Shown piece by piece: positions 9,751 through 18,796 of a stretch of DNA of 30,048 bases. The notes beneath the pieces were generated by a model. The model worked only from the letters and a program-made list of their open reading frames with translations. It did not search any database and was not told the origin of the DNA. The stretch lies in the IMG/VR virus record IMGVR_UViG_2681813263_000016; one strand, 5' to 3'. Position 1 is the first letter of the stretch; every line of letters starts with the position of its first letter. The stretch is from a virus. Taxonomy: Duplodnaviria > Heunggongvirae > Uroviricota > Caudoviricetes. The position numbers and the translations under genes are program-made.

Positions 9751-10342
9751 CGTCACCCCGTACATGGATCACGTCGTTAATTTCAGTGTGTTCGCCGCAG
9801 CGCAGCGTTGCCCCGAGGCGCAGGAAATCCGGGAGCGCGGCGAGATCAATCTCTTCATCCAGCCGGAATTCCTGCTCCCACGTCACCGCCCACATGGTGA
9901 CACCCAGCCCGTCGAGGCTGACGGAGTAAATGTTGTCTGCCCGCACATCAGCGGCCATACGTTCAGCCCCCATGCCCCCGGTGGCATCCGACGACAGCAG
10001 GCGTTTGATCACCTTCCCGGCCAGCACTTCACAGCGCACGTCGCGGGAGTACCCCCACGAATCCGTCGCCATGATGTAAGCCACCCAGGTGACCAGACCG
10101 GACAGCCCGCCGCGCGGGTTGATATCCCGGACACGCAGGGCAGCTACCCGGATACAGCCGGTGCGACCGGACAGATAGCGTTTCACTTCATCCGTGCTGT
10201 TGAACTGGCCGATGTGACGCTCCACCACATCAGCCCGGTCGGGGGTGTCCCCCTGAAGGGCCGTCTGCAGCCAGGCCACAATGCGCTCTGCGGCCGCAAC
10301 GGTGCTCCCCGGTGTGCGCAGTTCAGGGCGTTGTTCTGTCAT
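9731..10342 (-). CDS. hypothetical head-tail region protein (Mu gp38 position)
   Basis: 203-aa ORF with ATGA overlap to the upstream gene; assigned by synteny only. Confidence 0.55.
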   Translation of the reverse strand: MTEQRPELRTPGSTVAAAERIVAWLQTALQGDTPDRADVVERHIGQFNSTDEVKRYLSGRTGCIRVAALRVRDINPRGGLSGLVTWVAYIMATDSWGYSRDVRCEVLAGKVIKRLLSSDATGGMGAERMAADVRADNIYSVSLDGLGVTMWAVTWEQEFRLDEEIDLAALPDFLRLGATLRCGEHTEINDVIHVRGDDGTETD

Positions 10343-10884
10343 GGCAGAACCTCCTTCCAGAAATGACTGATAACCTGTTGCAGCTCCTGCTGGCTGGCAG
10401 AAGACAGCCCCAGAAATTCACGTTGCGGAATGTTCATCATGCGGTGATGTGCACCGACGGTCTGCCAGACCGGATATTTCAGCGCCCGCCCGAAACACTG
10501 CGAGATAAGCCGTTTGTGGGCGCTGACCGGCACGCTGCCGGAAAAGCCGTCATTCATGATGCGGGCATAATCCAGCGGTGAACCGATACGCACCACGCGG
10601 TTTTCCACGATGTACTGGATACTCTCCAGCAGATGGCCTTCACCGCGCAGCAGACTCTGGTTGCCGTGGCGGGTCTTTTTGTACCCGTCAGACCAGTCCG
10701 GCCAGCGTTCGCCACCCGGACTGGTTTTCTCATCGATGATGCGGCGGCGGGTCTGTGATTCCACCACCGCACCGATGCTTTCCAGCAGCTCTGACTGCAA
10801 TGAACCCTCTGCCAGCTTTTCAACGGCGCGGCGGATATCCTCCAGACGCTGGTCACCGCTGACCTGTACAGAAATCCCCATCAC
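10339..10884 (-). CDS. virion morphogenesis / tail completion protein (P2 gpS-like family)
   Basis: 181-aa ORF; the motif region ...DEKTSPGGERWPDWSDGYKKTRHG...LLRGEGHLLESIQ... resembles the phage virion morphogenesis family by eye; ATGA overlap upstream. Confidence 0.55.
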   Translation of the reverse strand: MMGISVQVSGDQRLEDIRRAVEKLAEGSLQSELLESIGAVVESQTRRRIIDEKTSPGGERWPDWSDGYKKTRHGNQSLLRGEGHLLESIQYIVENRVVRIGSPLDYARIMNDGFSGSVPVSAHKRLISQCFGRALKYPVWQTVGAHHRMMNIPQREFLGLSSASQQELQQVISHFWKEVLP

Positions 10885-11318
10885 AGCACCCCTTTCAGGT
10901 TGTTACGGGTGAACAGCCGGGCATTGGCACCCACCACAATAATTTTCCCGTTGTCGGTTTCTGCCGGGGTGGCATACGTCGGCAGGCCCAGGTCACGGGT
11001 GCCGTTCGCCATTTCACGCAGGGTTTTAATGGCGTCGTCGTAGCGTTTCTGGATCAGCTCCGTGATTTGATTGTCACGCTCTGATAACCAGTAAAACGCC
11101 AGCGATACCGCCACGCGTTGCAGCGGGCGCGGGATTTCCGTCACCCCCAGCGGCAGCTGGTAGCGGCGGGACAGAAACGAATCAATTTCCGCTTCCGCAT
11201 CACTGATGGCCTGACGGATTTTGTCTTCATCCAGCCCGTTGGTTTCCCGGTTAATCGCCATGTTCCAGACAAGATTGCCGTCCGCGCGTAACAGGTCTTC
11301 CTGCGTGATGTATCCCAT
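10881..11318 (-). CDS. hypothetical head-tail joining protein (Mu gp36/J position)
   Basis: 145-aa ORF, overlapping junctions; synteny only. Confidence 0.5.
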   Translation of the reverse strand: MGYITQEDLLRADGNLVWNMAINRETNGLDEDKIRQAISDAEAEIDSFLSRRYQLPLGVTEIPRPLQRVAVSLAFYWLSERDNQITELIQKRYDDAIKTLREMANGTRDLGLPTYATPAETDNGKIIVVGANARLFTRNNLKGVL

Positions 11319-11629
11319 CAGCCTTTCTCCGCTTCCCGGACAATCAGATTCGGCTCTGCCATCAGGCGGGTGGCAACCGCAGCGCTCACCGCCACATCCT
11401 CACCGATATGTGACCAGAAACGGCCACAGCGCCAGAACCCGTTTTCAGACACGGCCCTGACGTTCAGCCGGACAGGGGCGTCACCCTGTACAGCAACCGG
11501 GTCTTCAGCCGGACGTGGTTCATTCGCCTGACCGTCAGCCACAATAACGTCTGCCAGCGGTGCCGGGTTTTCCTGTGCAGCGCTGTTCTTTGCGGCTTTC
11601 GCGCCTTTGGTTTCTGCTTTTTCACTCAT
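11318..11629 (-). CDS. small Ala/Pro-rich acidic protein downstream of the major capsid gene (Mu gp35 position)
   Basis: 103-aa ORF; ATG at 11629 with an AAGG-type RBS buried in a palindrome; function unknown. Confidence 0.45.
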   Translation of the reverse strand: MSEKAETKGAKAAKNSAAQENPAPLADVIVADGQANEPRPAEDPVAVQGDAPVRLNVRAVSENGFWRCGRFWSHIGEDVAVSAAVATRLMAEPNLIVREAEKG

Positions 11630-11647
11630 GACTCTGCCTTTTAAAAG

Positions 11648-11683
11648 GCAGTTAAAAGGGCATTCACAGCACCTTTTAACTGC
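11648..11683 (-). terminator. strong stem-loop (12-bp stem, 12-nt loop) downstream of the major capsid gene; putative attenuator or mRNA-stabilising hairpin
   Basis: Seen: GCAGTTAAAAGG (11648-11659) pairs with CCTTTTAACTGC (11672-11683); overlaps a perfect 18-bp palindrome CTGCCTTTTAAAAGGCAG (11634-11651) that contains the RBS of the next gene. Confidence 0.35.
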
Positions 11684-11700
11684 GGTTTACAGATGACGGG

Positions 11701-12606
11701 TTATGCCGGGGTGGTGATGTACGGGCTGTCCACGATCTTCACATCCTTGTACCAGATGTTGGAATCGCCGCCGTTAACCAGCATGGCGTCAATAATGAGC
11801 TTCGCGTCCGCACGGTTTTTCGGCCCCACCACAAGGGTGGTCGGGCGGATGCCCAGCGGCTCACCGTTGGTGCCCTTCATGCCCCGCAGCAACTCATTGG
11901 CTTTTTTGTAGTTCTCCACCGTCAGTGCTGCACGGGAACCGACGGCGGTCTGCCAGAAGCCGAAGCCCGCATTACAGCGACCGTCCACGCCGTACAGGAA
12001 CTCGTGGTTCTTGAAGGTGTGCTCGCTGTTCAGATCGTCCAGAGCTTCAAACTTAAAGGCGCGTCGCGTCTGCCAGATGATGGGTTTCAGCACCTGCGAC
12101 TCATCAATCAGGAACCACGGTTCGCCCTTGTCTGATGCCGGGGTGCCGACAACGTTGCTGTACGTACCGTCACCCAGCGGGTGGTCTTCATCAAAGAAGT
12201 TCTGGCCGTCAAAGCACAGGGTGTTAAAACCGGCACACAACAGGGCGTAACACAGCTTGTCCGGGAACACAGCAGTCATACGGCCATAGCGTTCGGCGGT
12301 AATGCTGTACTGACCAATCTGGTCATCTTCAATGTGTTCACGCTTAACGCGAATGGAACTTTCCCAGAGTTTGTTGGTGATGGTGTAACCATAACCGTCC
12401 AGCGTTGCCAGCTGACGCTCACCGACCCATTCTTTGATGTCCGGTAAATCTTTCATCCAGCCGTAAGTGTTGGAGGCGGACGAACTCGGCACCTCAGAAG
12501 CAATACGATTCCACTGCGGTTCGACACCACTCAGTCCACGGGTAAAGGCGGCGCTCAGGCAGGTGGTCAGTGCATGAAGGATTTCAGAACTGATAGTCTG
12601 TGACAT
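11701..12606 (-). CDS. T: major head (capsid) protein, Mu T-like
   Basis: 301-aa ORF directly downstream of the protease/scaffold gene; size and position match Mu T (gp34); followed by strong stem-loops. Confidence 0.8.
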   Translation of the reverse strand: MSQTISSEILHALTTCLSAAFTRGLSGVEPQWNRIASEVPSSSASNTYGWMKDLPDIKEWVGERQLATLDGYGYTITNKLWESSIRVKREHIEDDQIGQYSITAERYGRMTAVFPDKLCYALLCAGFNTLCFDGQNFFDEDHPLGDGTYSNVVGTPASDKGEPWFLIDESQVLKPIIWQTRRAFKFEALDDLNSEHTFKNHEFLYGVDGRCNAGFGFWQTAVGSRAALTVENYKKANELLRGMKGTNGEPLGIRPTTLVVGPKNRADAKLIIDAMLVNGGDSNIWYKDVKIVDSPYITTPA

Positions 12607-12613
12607 GTGTTAC

Positions 12614-13570
12614 TTACTCCTGTTTCGGTTTAGCGGCGAGGAACTCTTCCCCGGTAATACCCATGCTGCGACACATCGCCAGTTCGGCATCGGTCAGTGT
12701 CTGCGCGGGTTTATCCTTGCCCTGGCTGGGCTTGTCGTTGTTAACCAGCGGCTGTGCACCTTTGGTGTACTCCGCAAACTGTTTGCGGCCTTCTTCCGTG
12801 CGGCAGGTGGCAAGGAACATGTCACGGTTTGCCGGGGCGACTTTTCCGGCCCCGATGGCCGCATCCACAAGCGCCTCGGCTTCCTTCTCTTCCAGTTGCT
12901 GAAGGCGTTTTTCTGCGGTTTCGGCACGGTTCAGTGCCAGATTGTGGGTTTCCACCGGCACAAACTTCGTCAGGTCAGGTGTCTGTGCGCGGTTCAGCGC
13001 CACCTGTTCGTTCTCCTGAAGTTGTTTAATGGCGGCCACGGTATCGTCCACCGTGGCGGATTCAGCCAGCCCAAGCAGGCCGGTGATTTGCACAGGTACT
13101 GTCATCGGGTTTTTCTCCGTATTCAGTGCAGGAAAATCCAGGTTAGGTTTGTTGGTCAGCCCGACGCTGGACAGGCGCGTCACCGCACCGTCTGCGTCAT
13201 GGAAAAACGCCGGGCTGTAATAGCGGTAGCGGCGCTCGCTCAGCATCCACCGGGCGGACTCACTCCAGACAACACGCCCTTCAATGGTGCCGCTGTCCGT
13301 CACCCGCAGTGCTTCCACCCAGCCATACGCCGGAGCCTCTTCACCCCGCGGGCCTTTAATTTCGGTGGCATGTTCAATGTCCACCGGAATGTTGATGTCG
13401 GACGAACGGGCAACCACCTCATGTGGATTGCGGTTCATCCACGTCCGGCCATCGCGCCCGGTGAACTCACCCGCAGGAACGAGTTCAAGCCATTCCGGCA
13501 GTTGAGCGGGTGTCAGCTCAGGGATGGGTTCTGGCAGGGAAAAACACAGCGCCAGCAGTTCCGGTTGCAT
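12614..13570 (-). CDS. I: head maturation protease / scaffold protein, Mu I-like
   Basis: 318-aa ORF with a C-terminal coiled-coil and Lys/Glu-rich tail typical of scaffolds (...EKRLQQLEEKEAEALVDAAIGAGK...); first gene after a 214-nt intergenic region carrying a promoter/terminator-like element. Confidence 0.8.
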   Translation of the reverse strand: MQPELLALCFSLPEPIPELTPAQLPEWLELVPAGEFTGRDGRTWMNRNPHEVVARSSDINIPVDIEHATEIKGPRGEEAPAYGWVEALRVTDSGTIEGRVVWSESARWMLSERRYRYYSPAFFHDADGAVTRLSSVGLTNKPNLDFPALNTEKNPMTVPVQITGLLGLAESATVDDTVAAIKQLQENEQVALNRAQTPDLTKFVPVETHNLALNRAETAEKRLQQLEEKEAEALVDAAIGAGKVAPANRDMFLATCRTEEGRKQFAEYTKGAQPLVNNDKPSQGKDKPAQTLTDAELAMCRSMGITGEEFLAAKPKQE

Positions 13571-13619
13571 GTCAGTCTCCGTCGTCTGGGGTTACCGACG
13601 GTCAGTATGCGGAAGGCAG

Positions 13620-13641
13620 AAAAAAAGCCGGATTTACCGGC
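13620..13641 (-). terminator. intrinsic-terminator-like hairpin with T-tract (minus-strand reading GCCGG-TAAAT-CCGGC-TTTTTTT), ~50 nt upstream of I
   Basis: Seen: 5-bp GC stem, 5-nt loop, 7 T on the transcribed strand. The same 26-nt sequence recurs at 21172-21197. Confidence 0.5.
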
Positions 13642-13645
13642 TTCA

Positions 13646-13710
13646 CTGAAAACGGGGAAATACCCCCTTCAAAACCCCTTCAAAAACGCCACAGACGCTT
13701 CAAAAAAGCC
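13646..13710 (-). promoter_or_regulatory. repeat-rich putative late promoter region upstream of I (TGAAG motif x4, GGGG-N5-CCCC dyad)
   Basis: Seen on the minus strand: TTTTTTGAAGC, TTTTTGAAGGGG, TTTTGAAGGGG, then TGAAGCCGG of the hairpin element, all within ~70 nt. Inference: binding sites for a late activator. Confidence 0.3.
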
Positions 13711-13784
13711 AGGGTGTACATTCATGCCATCAGAATAAAAAACGCGTTTCTGATGCGTTTCAGGGGTATTTACGGCGGGGTGGG

Positions 13785-14549
13785 TTATTCACTGTTAAAA
13801 CGGGCCTGTCTGGCCGCCAGCTGGCGCGCCAGCTCCTGCTCACGGTTTATACCGGGATTGTAGTTCCAGCCCGGATCAATCCCTTCCGGCACATCTTCCT
13901 CTTCGCCCGTGCGTTTGTTCACCCAGCGGACAGTTCTGATTTCCGGCGCTTCGGTGTGAATGGTACCCTGTGCCGCCAGTTGCGCATACTCACCACGGCT
14001 GACCTGACGGATGGTGCATTTGCAGCCCCAGCCGTTAGGGGCAAAATGCGTCTGCCAGAACGGATGATCTACCGGCAGACACAGACGCGCCCATTTCACA
14101 TGCTCCACCCGGTGCTCACGGGATGGCCCCAGCTCGTACATCAGATACGGCATGGCCTGCTTTGTCCGCTGAATCCGTTCCCACTGGCCCGCCGCGCGGG
14201 CGGTGCGCATGTTGGTATCAAAAATCGTGCGGAGGCGGCGGTCGCTGCCCAGTTGCACGGTGCGGGTTTCACCCGTCAGCGGATCATCCATCTCCTGTAC
14301 GCCCCACCATCCGCGTTTTATCAGCAACGGTTGCAGCATCTCCCGGAACTCGCTGAACGTCTGCCCGCTTTGCAGGGCGTCTTCCACAAGGGCTTTCACA
14401 TCCGACAACAAATCCAGTTGCAGCATTTTTGCCACCGTGAAGCTGTTCCGGTGCTCTTCCCGCCATACATCCCGGTAATCAAAACCGGGGCGCAGCTTCT
14501 TCGCCTTCAGCCACGCCAGCGCCTCTTTCGGGATGAGGGTTTCACGCAT
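13785..14549 (-). CDS. F: head morphogenesis protein, Mu F-like (minor capsid protein)
   Basis: ORF 13785-14606; start placed at the internal ATG (MRETLIPKEALAWLK...), which overlaps the portal stop; position directly after portal as in Mu. Confidence 0.75.
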   Translation of the reverse strand: MRETLIPKEALAWLKAKKLRPGFDYRDVWREEHRNSFTVAKMLQLDLLSDVKALVEDALQSGQTFSEFREMLQPLLIKRGWWGVQEMDDPLTGETRTVQLGSDRRLRTIFDTNMRTARAAGQWERIQRTKQAMPYLMYELGPSREHRVEHVKWARLCLPVDHPFWQTHFAPNGWGCKCTIRQVSRGEYAQLAAQGTIHTEAPEIRTVRWVNKRTGEEEDVPEGIDPGWNYNPGINREQELARQLAARQARFNSE

Positions 14550-16113
14550 GAGCAGTGTCTCCCAGCGCACGCGCCTTAAAGCACACCTCCGCCAGTTGCA
14601 GGGCAAAGTCGTCCGCGTTCAGCGTTTCCTGAAGCTCAGGCAGGCGTTTCAGAAAGTCATCAAAACTGTCGCACTCCTGCGCCAGTGTCAGCACCGGGTT
14701 CGTGAACGCCTCGCCGGTTTTCTGCCAGTCACGCAGGGCATCATCCACCATCTGTGCCAGTTCGTCGGGGTGTTCCCTGTTCAGGGCGACGCGCTCGCGG
14801 TTCATCGCCATATCACCCGGCATCCCGGCGGAAACCGGATGCAGAACATCAGCCCCTTCGTCTGGCTCAGCCAGGCCGAACCGGTCCCGCAGCTCCGATT
14901 CCTGAACCCGCATCCCCCGGTCAATCAGCGGCACCAGAGCATCCGTCAGCGCCTTCAGATCTTCGGCTTCACTGATACGCAGAACAACACGGGGGTAGTG
15001 CGCCTGTGGCCCGTAGTTGGCCTCGATGTAGGGCCGCACCAGATATTCATTCAGCGTGTTAGCCAGCTGTCGCGCGTCCCAGCGCACAATGTCCATGCGC
15101 ACCTGATTGTGCACGTCCGCCTGTGAACGCGAACTGCCGTTATCCGTGGTCATGGTCTGCCCCAGCACAGCCTTACTGATTTGCGCATCGCACCATTCCG
15201 CCATTTCACGGAACAGTGCGCCGCCGTTATTCCGGCTGGCGGTTTCCTGCATCTCCAGTTGCATGGACTGCGGAATGGCACACCCGGCATCCGAGGCAAT
15301 GGAGGCAATCGCATCAATCAGCACGCGGATTTGCTCCTCCGTGGCGTTGGGACCGTATTTCCCCACCGTAACCGGAATGCCGAATTTTTCCGCAAATGCC
15401 CACCAGTCGCGCACGGTAAAGGATTTCAGCATGTACATCACAGCCACCAGACGGGCCAGACCGTTACGCAGCGGCAGACCGGATTTCAGACGCGGCTGGT
15501 GAACAATGAATTTTCCCGGTGTCAGCGGTACGCCATCCACCGGTTCATCGTCCGTCAGCAGGCGGAACTGGCGCAGCGTGGGCTTTTCGGCTTTCAGAAA
15601 ACGGGGATCAACCCACTCATAATCACGGGGCATCCAGTGGTTGTTGCGGGTGTCCCACAGGATTTCACAGACCGCCACGCCTTTTCCCAGCCCGTCGAGC
15701 AAATCAAACATCAGTTCGGGGATTTGCGGGGCTTCCATCAGCGCACGGATGGCGTCCGCCAGCTGCACGTCGGCATCGTCATCACTGGCGGCCACCACCA
15801 CCGGTTCGATACCTGCCACTGTCAGCTTGCGGGTGCGCAGCACCGAGGCGTAATGCAAATCACGTTCTTCCATCTCTTCGGCAAGGATAAAAAAATCACG
15901 CGTGATGCCGTCGGCGGCATTGCGCAGAATGCCTGCCAGCCTGCCGGGGTTCAGCCCGGAGGCGACGCTGATACCCGGCGAGGCCGGACGCACACCGGCA
16001 TGACGCGGACGGGCCTGTGCTTCGTTGAGCGCCTCTTTTTTCAGCGTGTCTTCCTCACCGGTTGCCGGATTCAGCAGACGGCGAACGGCCCCGGCCAGTT
16101 GTTTCAGGTTCAC
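14542..16113 (-). CDS. H: portal protein (Mu gp29/H-like)
   Basis: 523-aa ORF; apparent GTG start overlapping the terminase stop (GTGA); size and position typical of a portal. Confidence 0.8.
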   Translation of the reverse strand: MNLKQLAGAVRRLLNPATGEEDTLKKEALNEAQARPRHAGVRPASPGISVASGLNPGRLAGILRNAADGITRDFFILAEEMEERDLHYASVLRTRKLTVAGIEPVVVAASDDDADVQLADAIRALMEAPQIPELMFDLLDGLGKGVAVCEILWDTRNNHWMPRDYEWVDPRFLKAEKPTLRQFRLLTDDEPVDGVPLTPGKFIVHQPRLKSGLPLRNGLARLVAVMYMLKSFTVRDWWAFAEKFGIPVTVGKYGPNATEEQIRVLIDAIASIASDAGCAIPQSMQLEMQETASRNNGGALFREMAEWCDAQISKAVLGQTMTTDNGSSRSQADVHNQVRMDIVRWDARQLANTLNEYLVRPYIEANYGPQAHYPRVVLRISEAEDLKALTDALVPLIDRGMRVQESELRDRFGLAEPDEGADVLHPVSAGMPGDMAMNRERVALNREHPDELAQMVDDALRDWQKTGEAFTNPVLTLAQECDSFDDFLKRLPELQETLNADDFALQLAEVCFKARALGDTAHA

Positions 16114-17645
16114 AGTAAACCTCCCTCATTTTTCAGGCCGCGTGTCAGCTTCATCTGGCGGCGCGCGTTGCCTTCTTCCGGTTTCGCCGGGCGGTTCAGG
16201 CGGTGCAGCTCGTAACGGTGGCAGTCATCTTTACTGGCAAGGAAGCCCAGGAAAATAGCCACAGCGGCGTCGCCGTGACGCTTGCGGCCATCACTGCCTT
16301 TAGTACGGGCATCGTCAATACCGGGAACGCCACGCAGTAACTGAATGGCCCCGAGGTCATTGATCACATCTTCATGCTTCGGAAGGATCAGCTCATCATC
16401 TTCAAACGCCGCACGGAAACGGGGCATGTTTTCGCGGTAGAACGCCACGGACAGCATCACCTGTTCCACCTCGTCGCCGTATCGTTCTGCCGCCTGTTCT
16501 GCCAGATACTGACCATTACCCCGCGCATCCATTTTGATACCGTCACGACGGGGCAGACGATCGCAAAGCCAGAACAGCACCTGCTCCTGCTGTTTAAACG
16601 GCACATTGGCAAGCTCAACCAGAAACGGCACCTCGCGGGTGGTGTCGTCGTTCACCGTCACCGGGGCCAGCACGGTCAGGTCACCCGAACGCGCAAAGTC
16701 TTCCCCCAGACAGTGGCGCAGATTCTTCGGGAGTTTTTCCAGCTCAGGGCGCACCACCGTTTCCAGCCATTCCCTGATCTCTGCCCGGCGCTGGCCTTCC
16801 GTCAGTGCGTTAAATTCCGGTGTGCCGGTAAAGCGCAACACTTTTCCGGTGCCACGGGCCGCACGTTCACGCAGTGAGCGGGGGATATACGTGCCGCCGC
16901 CGTTTTTCGGGACGCAGTAATACTCCTCCAGCGCATCTTCGCGGGTGGCGGTATTTCGCAGCAGGCCTTCTTTCCATTCCACCTCGGCTTCCGGTGACCA
17001 CACCATGCCGCGCACCTGACAGATACGCCGGTACAGCCCGTCATTACAGGCGTCATCCAGCGTGATGGTGTGAATACGGTAATCTTTTTTGCCCGCGCGG
17101 CTTTCCTGAATCAGCTGGTTAAACGGGTTGTCCACGCCGTCATGGGTGGAGATAAGGCGAACCTTACCGCCCCACGTGGTCAGTGGTGTGACCGCCTTGA
17201 GTACCTCATCCAGCTTTTCATGAAACGCCGCTTCGTCGATGGTGACATTCCCCTGCATCCCGCGAATGTTGCCCGGATTACTGGACAGCGCCTTGACCTT
17301 AAATCCGCTGGCGAAGTACACGACGAACGTCAGAATGTCCTTGTCTTCGTCGGTGATCACTTCCTCGCGGATTTCTTCCGCGGCTGCATTAAACGCTTTT
17401 GCCCACATCGCCACGGCGTCGATAAATTCGCGGGCCATCTCCTTGTTCGAACCGATGTAAAAGTGATCGCGCCCGCCGTTTTCCTTCTTCAGTGATGCGG
17501 TCAGTGCCGCATCTGCCGCTTCCGCCCAGGTTAAACCGGTACGGCGGGATTTTTCGGCGATTTTCAGTTTTGAATCATCCGCCACCCAGCGTTTCTGATA
17601 CGGCAGCAGAACATCGGATTCACTGAATGCGTTCATCTGTGTCAT
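16110..17645 (-). CDS. terminase large subunit (Mu gp28-like)
   Basis: 511-aa ORF between the small terminase-like gene and portal; ATGA overlap with the upstream gene; size and position typical of TerL. Confidence 0.85.
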   Translation of the reverse strand: MTQMNAFSESDVLLPYQKRWVADDSKLKIAEKSRRTGLTWAEAADAALTASLKKENGGRDHFYIGSNKEMAREFIDAVAMWAKAFNAAAEEIREEVITDEDKDILTFVVYFASGFKVKALSSNPGNIRGMQGNVTIDEAAFHEKLDEVLKAVTPLTTWGGKVRLISTHDGVDNPFNQLIQESRAGKKDYRIHTITLDDACNDGLYRRICQVRGMVWSPEAEVEWKEGLLRNTATREDALEEYYCVPKNGGGTYIPRSLRERAARGTGKVLRFTGTPEFNALTEGQRRAEIREWLETVVRPELEKLPKNLRHCLGEDFARSGDLTVLAPVTVNDDTTREVPFLVELANVPFKQQEQVLFWLCDRLPRRDGIKMDARGNGQYLAEQAAERYGDEVEQVMLSVAFYRENMPRFRAAFEDDELILPKHEDVINDLGAIQLLRGVPGIDDARTKGSDGRKRHGDAAVAIFLGFLASKDDCHRYELHRLNRPAKPEEGNARRQMKLTRGLKNEGGLL

Positions 17646-18223
17646 ACACTAATCCCCAGAATTTCACGTTTGATGGTGTCAGCCGCACCGCCTGACAGAC
17701 CGCCCGCTCTGACCAGCTCTTCGGTTTTCTCTGCCATTTCCTGCGCAAACGCATCGCGGATTGCTTTTTCGCGTTTATGGCTGGTCATGGCTGCCGCTTC
17801 CAGACGCTGGGCAACCAGCGCCAGTTGCCCCAGCGCCTTCGGTGCAACAGGTTTGTCGTCTTCTGTCATCGACATGGACGTTTCAAAGGCCAGCGTTTTT
17901 ACAAACTCCATCAGCAGCCTGCCGACGTCTGACGTCGGCGCGGAACCCAGCTTTGCCGCCCAGACTTCGGCCATTTCGCGGGAGGCACGGATTTTTGCCC
18001 CGACTTTTTCCATGCGGCTGGCATAGCGGTTTAAGCCCGTCCGGCTTAACTGCATCTCCCCCGGCAGGTTGTGTTCGTCAATCAGGGCATTGATGGCTTC
18101 GCGGATTTCTTCCTGCGTGTGCCGCTTTTCCCGCAGCATCTGGTGTAACTGCTCACGGATGCTGTCCGGGAGTAAATCCACTTTGGAAAGACGGCCACGG
18201 GTGGGGCGTTGTTCATTTTCCAT
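17642..18223 (-). CDS. terminase small subunit-like protein (Mu gp27 position)
   Basis: 193-aa helical, charged ORF immediately upstream of TerL with overlapping junction. Confidence 0.6.
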   Translation of the reverse strand: MENEQRPTRGRLSKVDLLPDSIREQLHQMLREKRHTQEEIREAINALIDEHNLPGEMQLSRTGLNRYASRMEKVGAKIRASREMAEVWAAKLGSAPTSDVGRLLMEFVKTLAFETSMSMTEDDKPVAPKALGQLALVAQRLEAAAMTSHKREKAIRDAFAQEMAEKTEELVRAGGLSGGAADTIKREILGISV

Positions 18224-18500
18224 CTTCTGTCCTCTGTGTTTTCAGACCAGCGTATATTTCTTCACGAACGGACTGAATATCCTTACCTGGCAGCTTCCAC
18301 AGCCGCGCACATGCCGGTGATGACCGCAGGGCGCGTTTCATGGGGGTATCCGGTGCATCCGGGTTCCAGGGCTTTCCTGTATGTTTTTCGTATGCACGGA
18401 CAATGGCGTTTTGCTCAATGTCTGCCAGCACAAGGCAGTACGCCAGCTGCCGCACGACGGCCCGTTCTCCACGACTTAACGGCTTCAGTTTTCGGGCCAT
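18213..18500 (-). CDS. hypothetical protein
   Basis: 95-aa ORF in the operon, 11-nt overlap with the downstream gene; no recognisable motif. Confidence 0.45.
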   Translation of the reverse strand: MARKLKPLSRGERAVVRQLAYCLVLADIEQNAIVRAYEKHTGKPWNPDAPDTPMKRALRSSPACARLWKLPGKDIQSVREEIYAGLKTQRTEDGK

Positions 18501-18502
18501 GT

Positions 18503-18796
18503 TCAGTCCCTCGCACGGGGTTTTTTAACGCCCGGCACACCGGACAGGCCGTTTGCCACATCCTCGCCGCTGCCGGTGATTTCAGCCACGTAACAGCCGC
18601 CCACATCAGACAGACGAACCAGCCCCTGCTCGCGCAGCCATGCAAGCTGGGTGCGCACCACATCACGGGATACCTTATGACCGTAGGCCTGAAGGCAGGT
18701 CTGCAACACGGATTCATTCGCGCTGTCGCCACAGTCCAGCAGGGAACGCAGCAACACCAGACGACGGTCTTCAGTGAGGATCTCTTTCATCGCCAT
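18503..18796 (-). CDS. hypothetical protein
   Basis: 97-aa ORF, tightly packed in the operon; no recognisable motif. Confidence 0.45.
   Translation of the reverse strand: MAMKEILTEDRRLVLLRSLLDCGDSANESVLQTCLQAYGHKVSRDVVRTQLAWLREQGLVRLSDVGGCYVAEITGSGEDVANGLSGVPGVKKPRARD

Noticed and set aside
9659-10366. 235-aa plus-strand ORF
   Set aside because: Antisense to two tightly coupled minus-strand structural genes; Arg/Pro/Gly-rich translation; shadow ORF.
12605-13738. 377-aa plus-strand ORF
   Set aside because: Lies entirely antisense to the I protease/scaffold gene and the F-I spacer; its translation is Arg/Gly/Pro-rich and low-complexity, with no RBS; a typical shadow ORF in GC-rich coding DNA.
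15181-16215. 344-aa plus-strand ORF
   Set aside because: Antisense to the portal gene; same shadow-ORF character, and it breaks the otherwise uniform minus-strand operon.
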